Positions 1 through 11,786 of a stretch of 64,000 nt of DNA are shown here, piece after piece. Each line of letters starts with the position of its first letter. Within the stretch, counting starts at the first letter, position 1. The notes under the pieces are model-generated. The model searched no databases, was not told the DNA's origin, and saw nothing but the letters and a program-made list of their open reading frames with translations. Where the stretch lies: assembly GCF_006345805.1 (NCBI RefSeq), contig NC_042999.1, positions 36,022,001 to 36,086,000 on the forward strand, in the 5' to 3' direction. The position numbers were made by a program, and so were the translations under genes. This stretch comes from Octopus sinensis (Eukaryota).

Positions 1-29
1 GATAGATAGATAGATAGATAGATAGATAG

Positions 30-337
30 TTGACACAGGCTTACGCTTATCTTCATATACTGCATTAATATTCCTCGCACTTTCTGTTGCATTGTTGCCT
101 TTATTGAACTCATAAAGCAAAATATGCTGAATATGCTCCTTTGTCACTTCTATAATAGCTTTGAAAAAATAACTTTTAAAATCGAACTGCACTCTTCAAA
201 ACTTGCACTAAGAATAAGTACAAGGTAAAATATTACCTGCTTGTATAGCAAGTTGATGCAGGTAGTTTATCTTGTCCCCCTCCAACATTTAGTTCATGCA
301 ATTGAAAAATCCACATTATTTATGGGATGACCCAATA
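30..337 (-). mobile_element. Mariner-type DNA transposon 5' fragment (left TIR plus decayed transposase N-terminus)
   Basis: Minus strand begins TA-TTGGGTCATCCCATAAATAATGTGG (mariner-like TIR). From 153 downward it translates IEVTKEHIQHILLYEFNKGNNATESARNINAVYED, resembling the Mos1-type HTH N-terminus with the start ATG changed to ATA. It is cut off by the (GATA)n run at 1-29. Confidence 0.75.
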
Positions 338-445
338 TTTAGTTTTGTTTAGCTTTGCATATCTAAGTTGGCTCATGTCTCAGCCTTTTAGCTTTTATAC
401 ATGTAAAATGTAGAATAATAAGACAAGTGGAAATAAAAGACTAAC

Positions 446-582
446 CTTCCATGAAGCTGTGCCACGAGGTTGAAACCATAAGTGTCATAATGGCAGCAGG
501 TGTGAGCACCTCTGGTGCCAATCCATAAAGTGGACTGGTAGCCATCACGTTCACCAACACCAAATGGACTCCAATCAAAAGC
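446..582 (-). CDS. HSPBAP1: HSPB1-associated protein 1-like (JmjC), coding exon 3
   Basis: Acceptor ...CTTTGTTTAG and donor AG|GTTAGT. Translates AFDWSPFGVGERDGYQSTLWIGTRGAHTCCHYDTYGFNLVAQLHG(R), matching the HSPBAP1 motif STLWIG..GAHTPCHLDSYG.NLV.Q..GRK with the Fe-binding HxD intact. Not in the ORF track. Confidence 0.92.
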
Positions 583-699
583 CTAAACAAAGAGCAATAC
601 ACAATTGTGTTAAAAACATAAAAGCAAATATTGGCACAGGCATGGCTGTGTGGTAAGAAGCTTGCTTCCCAACCACATACACTCTAGCTATACTATATA

Positions 700-1107
700 G
701 GCGCAGGAGTGGCTGTGTGGTAAGTAGCTTGCTAACCAACCACATGGTTCCGGGTTCAGTCCCACTGCGTGGCATCTTGGGCAAGTGTCTTCTGCTATAG
801 CCCCGGGCCGACCAATGCTTTGTCAGTGGATTTGGTAGACGGAAACTGGAAGAAGCCTGTCGTATATATGTATATATATATATATGTGTGTATATGTTTG
901 TGTGTCTGTGGTTGTCCCCCTAGCATTGCTTGACAACCGATGCTGGTGTGTTTACGTCCCCGTCACTTAGCGGTTCGGCAAAAGAGACCAATAGAATAAG
1001 TACTGGGTTTACAAAGAATAAGTCCCGGGGTCGATTTGCTCGACTAAAGGCGGTGCTCCAGCATGGCCGCAGTCAAATGACTGAAACAAGTAAAAGAGTA
1101 AAAGAGT
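700..1107 (+). mobile_element. tRNA-derived SINE, family A, full length
   Basis: A-box-like TGGCTGTGTGG, B-box-like GGTTCAGTCCC, CORE-like CTTGGGCAAGTGTC, internal TA/TG microsatellite and a GTAAAAGA tail. Near-identical copies recur across the window. Confidence 0.85.
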
Positions 1108-1214
1108 AGTGTATATATGACAAGCCTCTTTCAGTTTCCATCTACTAAATCAACACATAACTTCTCACAAAAGGGAGACGGTATTCTCTTAAGACTATAC
1201 TACAGTAAAATGAT

Positions 1215-1514
1215 AAACGTCGCCCTTTTCAAGCCTAGCCAGGCTCATGGGCCCGGTTTCTGTGGTGTATGTGTTCCCCCCAGCTGGACGGGACGCCAGT
1301 CCATCGCAGCGTTACTCAAGAAACAGAAAGAGAGAGTGAGAGAAAGTTGTGGCGAAAGAGTACAATAGGAGTTGCCACCACCCACTGCTGGAGCCTCGTG
1401 GAACTTTTAAGTGTTTTCGCTCAATAAGCACACACAACGCCCGGTCTGGGAATCGAAACCACGATCCTCCGACCGTGAGTCCACTGCCCTAACCACTGGG
1501 CCATTGCGCCTCCA
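1215..1514 (-). mobile_element. tRNA-derived SINE, separate family with a tRNA-like head
   Basis: Minus strand head TGGAGGCGCAATGGCCCAGTGGTTAGGGC...GGTTTCGATTCCC has A- and B-box-like motifs, followed by a non-tRNA body. Confidence 0.65.
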
Positions 1515-1521
1515 CATATAC

Positions 1522-1676
1522 ACTCACGGAGTGGTTGGCGTTAGGAAGGGCATCCAGCTGTAGAAACACTGCCAGATCAGACTGGAGCCTGGGGCAGCCC
1601 CTGGCTCCCCAGACCCCGGTCCAACCCGTGCTAGCGCGGAAAACGGACATTAAACGATGATGATGATGATGATGAT
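1522..1676 (+). mobile_element. Family C short retroposon end: RTE 3' tail ending in (GAT)n
   Basis: CACGGAGTGGTTGGCGTTAGGAAGGGCATCCAGCTGTAGAAAC...TTAAACGATGATGATG; more than 10 related copies in the window. Confidence 0.8.
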
Positions 1677-2123
1677 ACTACAGTACCTAGCATATTTTAT
1701 GCCTGAACATTCCTTGACATGTTAAATCGCTTATTCACAACCAGGGACCATGCAACAAGAGGGTAAATTTGGGATCTTCAATAGTATTTTAAGGGCTTCT
1801 GAAAAACATTTGCTTTAGCTGTGTATATTGGTAAGTATTGTAAGAAACAGCCAGGTTTCTTTCTCTTACATTTTACATGGTTCAACCTATGCAAGTTATT
1901 GTGTATAAAACAAAATATGAATTCCGAAAGAAGTTTCTTTAAAACTAGTTTTTAAACATTAAATGGCTATAGGGTCCACCTGAATAAAATAGTAATCAAG
2001 GAAGGGGGTCCATAGATAAAAAATGGTTGAGAACCCCCGTGTTAAAAGATAAATATGCAAATATTTATTACACACACACATCCAGCAGGTTTATTGTTTT
2101 TAATGTTTTTATTATTAGTGTTA

Positions 2124-2174
<51 letters not shown>
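2124..2174. repeat. (AAT)n microsatellite
   Basis: Perfect AAT run; it produces the poly-N/poly-I/poly-L ORFs at 2042-2345. Confidence 0.97.
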
Positions 2175-2518
2175 TGGCACCTTGGGCAAGTGTCTTCTAC
2201 TATAGCCTCGGGCCGACCAAAGCCTTGTGAGTGGATTTGGTAGACGGAAACTGAAAGAAGCCTGTCGTATATGTGTATATATGTATGTGTGTATGTGTGT
2301 GTATATGTTTGTGTCTGTGTTTGTCCCCCTAGCATTGCTTGACAACCGATGCTGATGTATTTACGTCCCCGTCACTTAGCGGTTCGGCAAAACAGACCGA
2401 TAGAATAAGTACTGGGCTTACAAAGAATAAGTCCCGGGGTCGATTTGCTCGACTAAAGGCGGTGCTCCAGCATGGCCGCAGTCAAATGACTGAAACAAGT
2501 AAAAGAGTAAAAGAGAGT
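2175..2518 (+). mobile_element. SINE family A, 5'-truncated
   Basis: Collinear and near-identical to about 770-1107. Confidence 0.85.
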
Positions 2519-3148
2519 AACAGATACACGAGTGCATTTTTTTTCCTGACATAGGGTGTCTTAGACGGCTCGAGTATATATATGTATATAGTAGAAATAT
2601 TTTACAAAAAGAAAATATAAAATACACGTGGAAATGTAAGGGTATTTTACCCCTATATATATATATATACATCTGACCGGTATATTATTTTCCTTTTTCT
2701 CGCATTTTTCTGATCTATAATGGAAACGAAAATCTTCAATTTCCATTTAAAGGATTAAAAAAACAAAAATCGATTTCTTTTCAATTCAACAATTCATGGG
2801 AGATAACTCTGCTACTACTAGTGCACAAACGTCGAACTTCAGGTGTTTAATATCAGTTTCTTAATGAGTCATGATCAAACCGCGACGCGCAAGACTTTCT
2901 GAATGACCCGTCTCACAAAAAAATTACTTGTATCTTATTTTATTTTGTTTCGGTTTTTAGTAGTGCAGCCCGCCTGATGGTGAGTCATGTCTCATGTGAA
3001 CCAAAATGTCTTTTCTAAATCTACAGCGCGGAAAAGATTTTTTTTTTTATCATGCAATGTATGGGAGATAATTGCGCTAATGCTGGTTTACCAACAGCGA
3101 TTTCTGGCATCTTACATTTTCTTTTTTTTTTAATTTACATTTATAAAT

Positions 3149-3537
3149 AACTAGCAGTATCGCCCGGTGTTGCTCGGGTTTGTAAGGGAAATAACTATAT
3201 AAGCATTTTTAGAGAGTTATAGCCAAAAAATGCATTAAAAATGGAAAAAAAATTATGGTAAACTTTTTTTTAATCGTTGACTCATCGTAGACATTTTTAG
3301 AGAGTTACTTCCCTTATATAATAGAGAAAAAATGCATTAAAATGGAAAAAAATTATGGTAAATTTTTTTTTAAATCGTAGACTCATCGTAGACGCGCGCT
3401 AATACCCAGAAGGGCTCGATATGAATCACGACTATAAGATACCTGGTTTTGGTTAAACTGCACCGCAAAATGTGGGAGTAGTTAGGAATCTAAATCGTAG
3501 GAGACAGACACACAACTTGACTTTTATATATAAAGAT
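3149..3537 (+). mobile_element. Non-autonomous Helitron-like element
   Basis: Starts AACTAGCAGTATCGCCCGGTGTTGCTCGGG (subterminal hairpin), has an internal tandem duplication, and ends TTTTATATATAAAGAT. The layout resembles Lep1/HINE-type elements; similar pieces occur at about 9855-10280 and 16103-16760. Confidence 0.55.
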
Positions 3538-3668
3538 TTCTTAAAATATACAATCAGTCAATGATGATATTCACTGCCAGTAAAACAGTATACAAAATTA
3601 AACTTTCGTCTGTTCAAAGTTTGTCCTAAACGTCCATGCTTATTTTCCGACTTATAACTTTCGTTTCA

Positions 3669-3929
3669 GTTGTGTCTGGGGAGAGTCATTTTCTTTTTGT
3701 GCCTTATAATGTAACACACTCACCGGTAAAATTTCCACTTGTTTCTAATTTTTATTTTCCTAAAATTTTCGTTGCGTCTTGCAACTTTTTCAATAGTCTT
3801 GACTCTCAAAAGGTTGCAAGACGCAACGAAAATTTGAGGACAATAAAAATAAGAAATAAGTGGAAATTTTACCGGTGAGTGTGCTAAATCATAAGGCACA
3901 AAAAGAAAATGACTCTCCCCAGACACAAC
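3669..3929. mobile_element. Palindromic (fold-back) MITE-like element
   Basis: Arms of about 120 bp are reverse complements (GTTGTGTCTGGGGAGAGTCATTTTC... / ...GAAAATGACTCTCCCCAGACACAAC); both strands give almost the same translation. Confidence 0.8.
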
Positions 3930-4347
3930 AGAATATGCTTCAACACACGAACTCATATAAAGAATCATGCAAACCAAATCCAAAAACGAAATAACTTTCG
4001 TTTCATATATCTGATTAATATAAAGCTTTCCTTTCATAAGTCTGAAGTTACTCTAATAATTGAAAAAAAAATCGTAATGTGTATCATATGATGCATGAGT
4101 GCCAGTGAAACACGGGTTAAAATCTGTATTATTGTATTCGTTAAATCTTTCACCGCTATACAGCTTTCATACTGCCATATAAGTTGCAGTCTATCTTTTA
4201 CAACGTTTCCTCAACATTTAACTTTAACTTCAATATTATTACTACAATCATAGCCAGTAGTCACAACTGTGTGGTTAAGAAGTTCGTTTCCCAACCACAT
4301 GGTTTCAGTTTCAAGTCCACTGCGTGACACCTGTAGGAGTATTTTCG

Positions 4348-4745
4348 GATCTTTTCGGTTTGAACGGCAGTTTTTAACATAATTTCTAGGTAACTAAAAC
4401 ATTCTAAACTTCGTATACTGGTAGAATGTGTTTATAAAACATCTTTTTCTCTTGGCTTTATTGAGAAAATTCTATAGTTTGTAAGATATTTGTTGTTATT
4501 TTCTGCAATTTCAACCAATCAATGACGTCCATTGAGGTAAATAACATTCTGTGCCGTATGAATATGTCCCTCGTTTAAGAAACAGATTGGGTTTATTTAC
4601 ATTTGTGAAGAAAAAAAGATACCTTCCCCCCCTCCCTAACCCTAAAACAGATTGAAATGCAATAAATCGATACTAGGGTTATAATTATGGGTGACAATTT
4701 CATATGATGCTGCTAGAAAAAACTGTCGTTCAAACCGAAAAGATC
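4348..4745. mobile_element. MITE with ~28-bp terminal inverted repeats
   Basis: GATCTTTTCGGTTTGAACGGCAGTTTTT ... AAAAACTGTCGTTCAAACCGAAAAGATC. Confidence 0.8.
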
Positions 4746-5643
4746 TGTGTTTTCAACTATAGAGCCAAGAGCAGATCAAATAAACGAGTTTGTTAGTTCG
4801 TGCATTTCTCGTTTGGCCTGTGTGTTGGTACGCTAATTATAAACAAACACTTTTTGTTTTTTTAACGGTGTCATTTGCTTGCAGTCTACCGGGTAATCAT
4901 ACCCGGGTTTCTTGACACGCTGGGCGATCTTTGTAAACAAAAGACGCGTTCATACGGTTTCTGTTGGTTCCTGGTTCCAGTTCTCCACTGAAACATGTCC
5001 AGACTGAATCTTGTCTGATAGGCAACAAACAATATTCCCTCCCATGGAAACAAGTAGAGATTGGCTACAGGAAGGGCATCTGGCCGTAGAAAACTCTGCC
5101 CCAATATACTATCATCTGACCCCTGCAAATATGAAAAAGTTGACATTAAAACAATGATGATGATGATAGTGAATCACCTCCAGCCATAATTATCCTACAT
5201 AAATTACAGAAATTGACTATTAATTTTTGCAAGTTATCTGGGCAGTTCATGAGTATTCCTACTATTAACTATTCCTGTATATATTTTGCTATAAGTCCCG
5301 GTTTCTCATAAGTCTATTAAGAATTCCATCGCCTTATTTCTTTATGACACCACTGTACAGTATTGAGTTCATCCTTACACTTTTCTTACATATTCAACAA
5401 ACCCGCTTCCCCAGTGGCAGTAGAGGGGGGGTTGTTACAAATTAAAATATTTTTGATCATTAGACTTTTTACCTTGGTACTATTCTTTTTGGATGGGTTG
5501 ATGCATACAAGCATACATGTATGTAGACACACAGATGGTGATGATGCTGACAACTATGATGACAATGATGAAAACGATAATGACATTAACCATGATGACA
5601 GGATTCCCAATGACCCCTTTCATTATAAATCTAAAGAATTCAC

Positions 5644-5849
5644 CTTGAAAAGCTCTGGTTGTTCGGCAAAAACATCCTTCACATATTTGTAGTCAATGTA
5701 GGCCCAAAGTTGGTCAGGAGAGCAGTGTGAGATAGACTCAGGTAGGAACTGGGTTGGTGTTGCTACCTCACCATAGACCCAATCAAGTAGGTCATCAAGG
5801 GACACACTGTGGTGGATACTATCCTTTTCCCATTGGATTTCTGAACTTT
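5644..5849 (-). CDS. HSPBAP1: HSPBAP1-like coding exon 2
   Basis: Acceptor TTTTTCTGTCTTCTTTTGCAG and donor AAG|GTGAAT. Phase 1 in and phase 0 out, fitting both neighbours. Translates SSEIQWEKD...LDDLLDW...WAYIDYKYVKDVFAEQPELFK, matching the HSPBAP1 motif WAYADYKY...F. Confidence 0.92.
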
Positions 5850-6031
5850 CTGCAAAAGAAGACAGAAAAACTGAAGCTGGTTATGATAATGGTGTTAGTG
5901 GCAACATGATGGTAGTAATAGTGATGGTGGTGGTTGTCATCATCATTGTGGTAACAGTGGTGGAGACTGTTGTAATGGCTGTAATAGGGGTGATACTACT
6001 GAAGTGTCTAAGTGTTTATATATAATTATAT

Positions 6032-6993
6032 CAGTGGTTCTCAACTGGGGTCCATAAAAGATTTTGTTGTTAAAATTTACGTGCAATAAAATTTGCATTG
6101 GTATGGTCATGTACTACGGATGGATGAGGAGAGATGTGTGAAGAAGTGCCACTCCCAAACAGTTGAAGGAATCCAGGGGAGAGGTAGACCCAGGAAGACA
6201 TGGGATGAGGTGGTCAAGCATGACCTTCGAACGTTGGGCCTCACAGAGGCAATGACAAAAGACTGAGACCTCTGGAGATATGCTGTGACTGCGAAAACCT
6301 GACAAATAACGTGAGTTTATGGTTGTTTCCTGAACCAGCTTCACATAGCAGCCTCAGCCCATCCAAAGTACCTTGGTTCACAGAACGGCCTGCTGTGCTT
6401 ACCTTGGATCGTAGGGCGACCTGTTGTGCTTGAGGAGACCTATTGAGTCAAGTACATCAACATCAAAATAAAAATCAAATGGAAATTGTAGTTGTGATAC
6501 CCGTGCCGGTGGCACATAAAAAGCACCATCCGAACGTGGCTGATGCCAGCGCCACCTTGACTGGCTTCCATGGCGGTGGCATGAAAAAAGCACCAACCGA
6601 TTGTGGCTGTTGCCAGCCTCCCCTGGTACCTGTGCCAGTGGCAAGTAAAAAGCAACCACTACACTCACGGAGTGGTTGGCGTTAGGAAGGGCATCAAGCT
6701 GTAGAAACACTGCCAGATCAGACTGGAGCCTCCTGGCTTCCCAGACCCCCATCAAACTGTCCAACCCATGCTAGCATGGAAAACAGACGTTAAACAATGA
6801 TGATGATGATGAATAAATCAGTTATACTTCTGCAATACAAAAGATATTTTAACAATATTTTTAATACAATTCCTAATATTTAGTATTAAAAATATAATAG
6901 GATTTTTTTTTAACACTGAATGGCAGTGGTGGTGGGTCAGAGAGTAAAATAGGAATCAAGGGATCCACATGCAAAAAACAGTTGAGAACCATG
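6032..6993. mobile_element. hAT-like MITE split by a retroposon insertion
   Basis: Termini CAGTGGTTCTCAAC ... GTTGAGAACCATG. A related right end lies at about 1990-2040. Confidence 0.6.
6096..6812 (+). mobile_element. RTE-clade LINE 3' end: ORF C-terminus, 3' UTR and (GAT)n tail
   Basis: Translates WYGHVLRMDEERCVKKCHSQTVEGIQGRGRPRKTWDEVVKHDL (RTE C-terminal motif). It runs on into GCCGGTGGCACATAAAAAGCACC modules and the family C tail. Confidence 0.8.
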
Positions 6994-7928
6994 AAGTTAG
7001 ATAAATGTACAAATGTAAAACCACACAAATCTAATGACCTTTGCATAGTAACTACACATTTAATAGAACTTATAACAAAGCAAAGATTCTCTCTCTCTCT
7101 CCTACTATCATTAAAATAGACACAACTCCTCTGTATTTATTGTGTACCAGCTCTGCTAAAACCCATTCTATCTCATTCTCCAAACAGCATTAAACATGTC
7201 ACCCAACCCGTCTCCCATCAGTCACTTACATTATAAATCAATAGGCAGGGCCAATCATAGTCTAGCGAGTGGAGTCAATAAAACAGAAACTGAAAGAAGC
7301 CCATCATATATGTGTATACACACAGACACACACAAACATATGTATGTGTGTGGGTGTATGCATATATATATGTATATATATTTATATTAAATTAGAGATA
7401 AAACCACTATTAGGCAAATCAAACAGTGAAAAACATAAACCAGAACATAGAAATAAAATTAATTAATATAATATACAAAATATATAAAATATAAAATTCA
7501 AAATTTAAATTAATTAGATTTAAAGTTACAATTTGAATAATTTTTTAAATATTAATTTATACTTATAAATTTATATATATATATATATATATATTTTATT
7601 ATATTTATTTTTATTATTATTTTTTATTTTACACACACACACATATATATATATTATCTCCATGGGAGATAATATTGTTTCTTGCCTATCAGACAAGATT
7701 TAGCGTGGACATGTTTAAGTGGAAAACTGGAACCAGGAACCAACTGAAACCATCTTTTGTTTACAAAGATCGCCCAGCATGTCAAGAAAGCCAAAAAAAT
7801 CTTCACAAACTGTTACTCAGAGTTCCATGTTACTGTTCGTCAGACAGAAGAACGGGAAGTATTTTCCAGCTTTAATAAAAGCATATTACTCAACTTCCAG
7901 TATTTGATATATGTGCTTACTTGTATAT

Positions 7929-7996
<68 letters not shown>

Positions 7997-9127
7997 TCAA
8001 TATCTATAAATCTGAAATGCGAAAAGTTTGTTTGTCTGGTTTTGGCATTGGAACGGGTTAAAGAGCATTAGATCCTGTCGGATTGACTCCAAAATATACA
8101 GGGACATGTAAAATGAGGTGAGGATGTGAGTGGGCTGGGTTAGAAATCCCTATTTTAAAAGGTGTGGTTACTAGGGCAAAAAACGCACACTTTGACAAGT
8201 CTTCTCTCATTCTCTTATCAGCCTGTCTTCCTCCGTCTCTCTCTCTTTCCTCCCTTCCTTTCACTTTCTCTCTATAACGTCCTTTGACAGAGTCTACTAT
8301 CTTTCCCCTGCTGCTTTCACTCTTTCTCCCACATCCTCTCTCTCTATGTGTGTCTGCATTCATAGAGAGAAATATTATCGCCACCACCACCACAATCATG
8401 AGAACAAATATTATGAATCAGATATTTATTGGGTTAATTTATATGTGTGTGTGTGTTCTATATATAAATATGTATATATAATGTATGTATACAAAGAGTA
8501 TATATCTGTATTTATATATATATGTATGTATATATATATATATATAATTTGTATACATTTGTATATATAATGCGTACACACACACATACATCATCATCAT
8601 CATCATCATCGTTTAACATCCGTTCTCCATGCTAGCATGGGTTGGACGGTTCGACCGGGGATCTGGGAAGCCAGAAGGCTGCACTAGGCTCCGGTCTTAT
8701 CTGGCAATGTTTCTACAGCTGGATGCCCTTCCTAACGCCAAGAGCAAATTTTTATGGAAGACTGAAAATGAAAGAGTCCATTTGTATGATGGTGATGCTA
8801 GTTTAATATTATCCCAGGGTGTTAAAGCAAGGAGACACACATATATATATACATGTATATGTATGGGTAGAATAAGCCAAAGCTAATGTTCAAGGCTATA
8901 TCAAAGAAGTTAGCTATCTTGTTTTTTTTACTGTGCTGGTGCCATGTACTAGCACTCAGCCCACTCTGTAAGGTGGTTGGTGTTAGGAAGGGCATCCATC
9001 TGTAAAACCCCTGCCAAAACAGACTGAAGCATGGTGCAGTCTTCTACCTAATCAGCTCCTGTCAAACTGTCCAACCCATGCCAGCAAGGAAAACAGATGT
9101 TAAATGATGGTTTTATATATATATATA

Positions 9128-9520
9128 CTCTTTACTCTCTCTTTTACTCTTTTACTTGTTTCAGTCATTTGACTGCGGCCATGCTGGAACACCACCTTTA
9201 ATCGAGCAACTCGACCCCGGGACTTATTCTTTTGTAAGCCCAGTACTTATTCTATCGGTCTCTTTTGCCGAACCGCTAAATAACAGGGACATAAACACAC
9301 CAGCATCGGTTGTCAAGCAATGCTAGGGGGACAAACACACACACGCATATATATATATACACATATATACGACGGGCTTCTTTCAGTTTCCGTCCACCAA
9401 ATCCACTCACAAGGCTATGGTCAGCCCGAGGCTATAGTAGAAGACACTTGCCCAAGGTGCCATGTAGTGGGACTGAACCCGGAACCATGTGGTTGGTAAA
9501 CAAGCTACTTACCACACAGC
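9128..9520 (-). mobile_element. SINE family A, nearly full length, antisense
   Basis: Reverse complement of 700-1107. Confidence 0.85.
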
Positions 9521-11569
9521 CAAAAAAAAGGACAAGAAAAAAAACAATGCAACGACGTGGTACATACAAAGTATTAATAATACATTCAGAGAAGGAAAGA
9601 AAGGGTGTTTTACATTTCAAGCAAAGCTCTTCTTCAGAAATGGGAGACAGAGGAATGTCCAAGAGAAAAGGAAGACAAAGGAAAATTATCACCAACAGTC
9701 CACAAGTGGTTACATTATATATATATGTAAAACTCAGAGTTTTATCTTGGCTACCGAATAATTGTCACATATTACATTTACAGATAAATTCCTCTATTTA
9801 CATAATATCAAGGTCTCTTTCTTTCTTTTGTTATCTTACCAATTTTATCAATATACTAGCTTAAGGTGACCTGCTCTACGTGCGGGTAAGACTGTGGTTG
9901 TTACTTTCTGTCGCTTCCTTTCTGTTTTTTATCACCACATTCTCTCTCCTTTCTCTCTCACTTTCCCACTCTCTTACTCTTCCTTTCTCTCGGACTCTCC
10001 CTCGCTTTCTCTTACTCTATCTTTCTCCCATTTATAAACAACAAAAGATCTTGAGTAAGTTGAAAAAGAAAATATTTTGAAAGATCAATCATAAATATCA
10101 GGCAGTGACAACGGAAAAGTCTGCTTCAAGGCAGACAGCAAAACACTAACATTTAAAAGGGACAGACGAACTTGCGAGCTGAATAAAAATTAAAAAATAT
10201 TGGAAACCAAAGTTTGAAGGGATAGAATCTGAGGATAGTAGAGTCACCATGGCTGGCATTTCTTAACAACGGACAGCAATGTAGTGGGCTGAGTGCTATT
10301 ACATGGCACCAGCACAGTAAAAAAACAAGATAGCTAACTTCTTTGATATAGCCTTGAACATTAGCTTTGGCTTATTCTACCCATACATATACATGTATAT
10401 ATATGTGTGTCTCCTTGCTTTAACACCCTGGGATAATATTAAACTAGCATCACCATCATACAAATGGACTCTTTCATTTCCAGTCTTCCATAAAAATTTG
10501 CTCAGCCATGTGGAAATATAACCTTGCTAAAAATAGATAAGGGTTGGAGACAGGAAGGGCATCCAACTGTAGAAAATATGCATCAACAAATTCCATTTGA
10601 GCCATGCTCACATGGAAAAATGGATGTTAAAACAATAACCTTGATGATGATGATATTATACCTTTCTTAGTTTTGTCTAAATGTTGTCCAGGTGAGTGAT
10701 TGCAAGTGTGTTTAATTATATTTTCCATTTAATCAGTTATGTTCACTGAATGTTATTGAGATGTCATACCTAAGATATTTGATGTTACCTAGAATTTTTT
10801 ATTTTTTAAATGATGATGATGATGATGTGATGTGAGATATAATTGGTTATTGTTGTTTAGTCTAAGGTTAGCACAGTTGAGAGCTAAGTTTATGATGAAA
10901 GGCATTCCAGTCATAATGATCCTATTTTTTGTACAATGGGAGTTATATTATCCAATGTAGCCTTCTTTACAAAAGATGGTAGAGTATGAGTTAAAGGAAT
11001 TTTGGTTGCTATTTCTAGCAAGTTAAGTATCTGGCAAGAGTCTCTCACTTGGTGTTTTTATCCCTTTTGTTACCATACATATGTTGAAACAGACTGCTTT
11101 TGTAGCAACTAAATTTGAAAATATAGCCTTAATTATTAAGCTGGTATTTGGAACATAAATTGAACTCAAATTCTGGCACAAGGCCAGCAGTTTCAGGGGA
11201 GGGGGTCAATTACATCAACACCAGTGTTCAATTGGTACTTATTTTATCAACTCCAAAAGGATGAAAGGCAAAGTCAACCCCAGCAGCATATGAACTCAGA
11301 ATGTAAAGTTTGAAGAAATACCACTAAGCATTTTTTCTGGAGCAATAATAATTCTGCCAGACACCACCTTTATTTGGAATATAGAGTAACAAGAAACTCT
11401 GATAGAAGATTTTAATTTGTATCTCTTTAAAACAGGAAGAATCAGGGAAAGTCTCATGTAGGTTGGTATCAAAGGAGTTAAAGTGTCTAGTTTTGTCAAT
11501 GACAAGCAAGTTATTAGTAAACATTGAAGTGTGTGAGGAAGCTGACCTGATATCCTTTGTAGTACTTAC

Positions 11570-11786
11570 CTTGAAAACAAGGAAGACAACCCAATCTACA
11601 CATGACTGTCTTCCCATTCAATAATCTAGCCAGATGACGTGGTTTCCATGATGAGGCCGGCCAATGTGAAATCATGTTACAGAACACTAATGGTATATTT
11701 AATGTAGAAGATTCCACAAGATGTGATGTTGTCAGAATATCCTTTCTATTCTCCGCAATCCTATTTGGACAGACATTTCCATCCAT
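11570..11786 (-). CDS. HSPBAP1: HSPBAP1-like coding exon 1 (contains the start codon)
   Basis: Translates MDGNVC...IPLVFCNMISHWPASSWKPRHLARLLNGKTVMCRLG, matching the HSPBAP1 motif PAIFCNM..DWPA..W...L...L.GK...R.G. Donor G|GTAAGT at 11569. An acceptor (TTTTTCTCTAG) at 11802 and an in-frame TGA just upstream of the ATG imply a separate 5' UTR exon. Confidence 0.88.

Noticed and set aside
700-790. tRNA genes at SINE heads (also about 1440-1514 and 20216-20290)
   Set aside because: A/B boxes are present but no complete cloverleaf forms, and each continues into a SINE body.
2862-2905. Possible box C/D snoRNA (ATGA...CTGA)
   Set aside because: Boxes are too close together, box C is non-canonical and there is no terminal stem.
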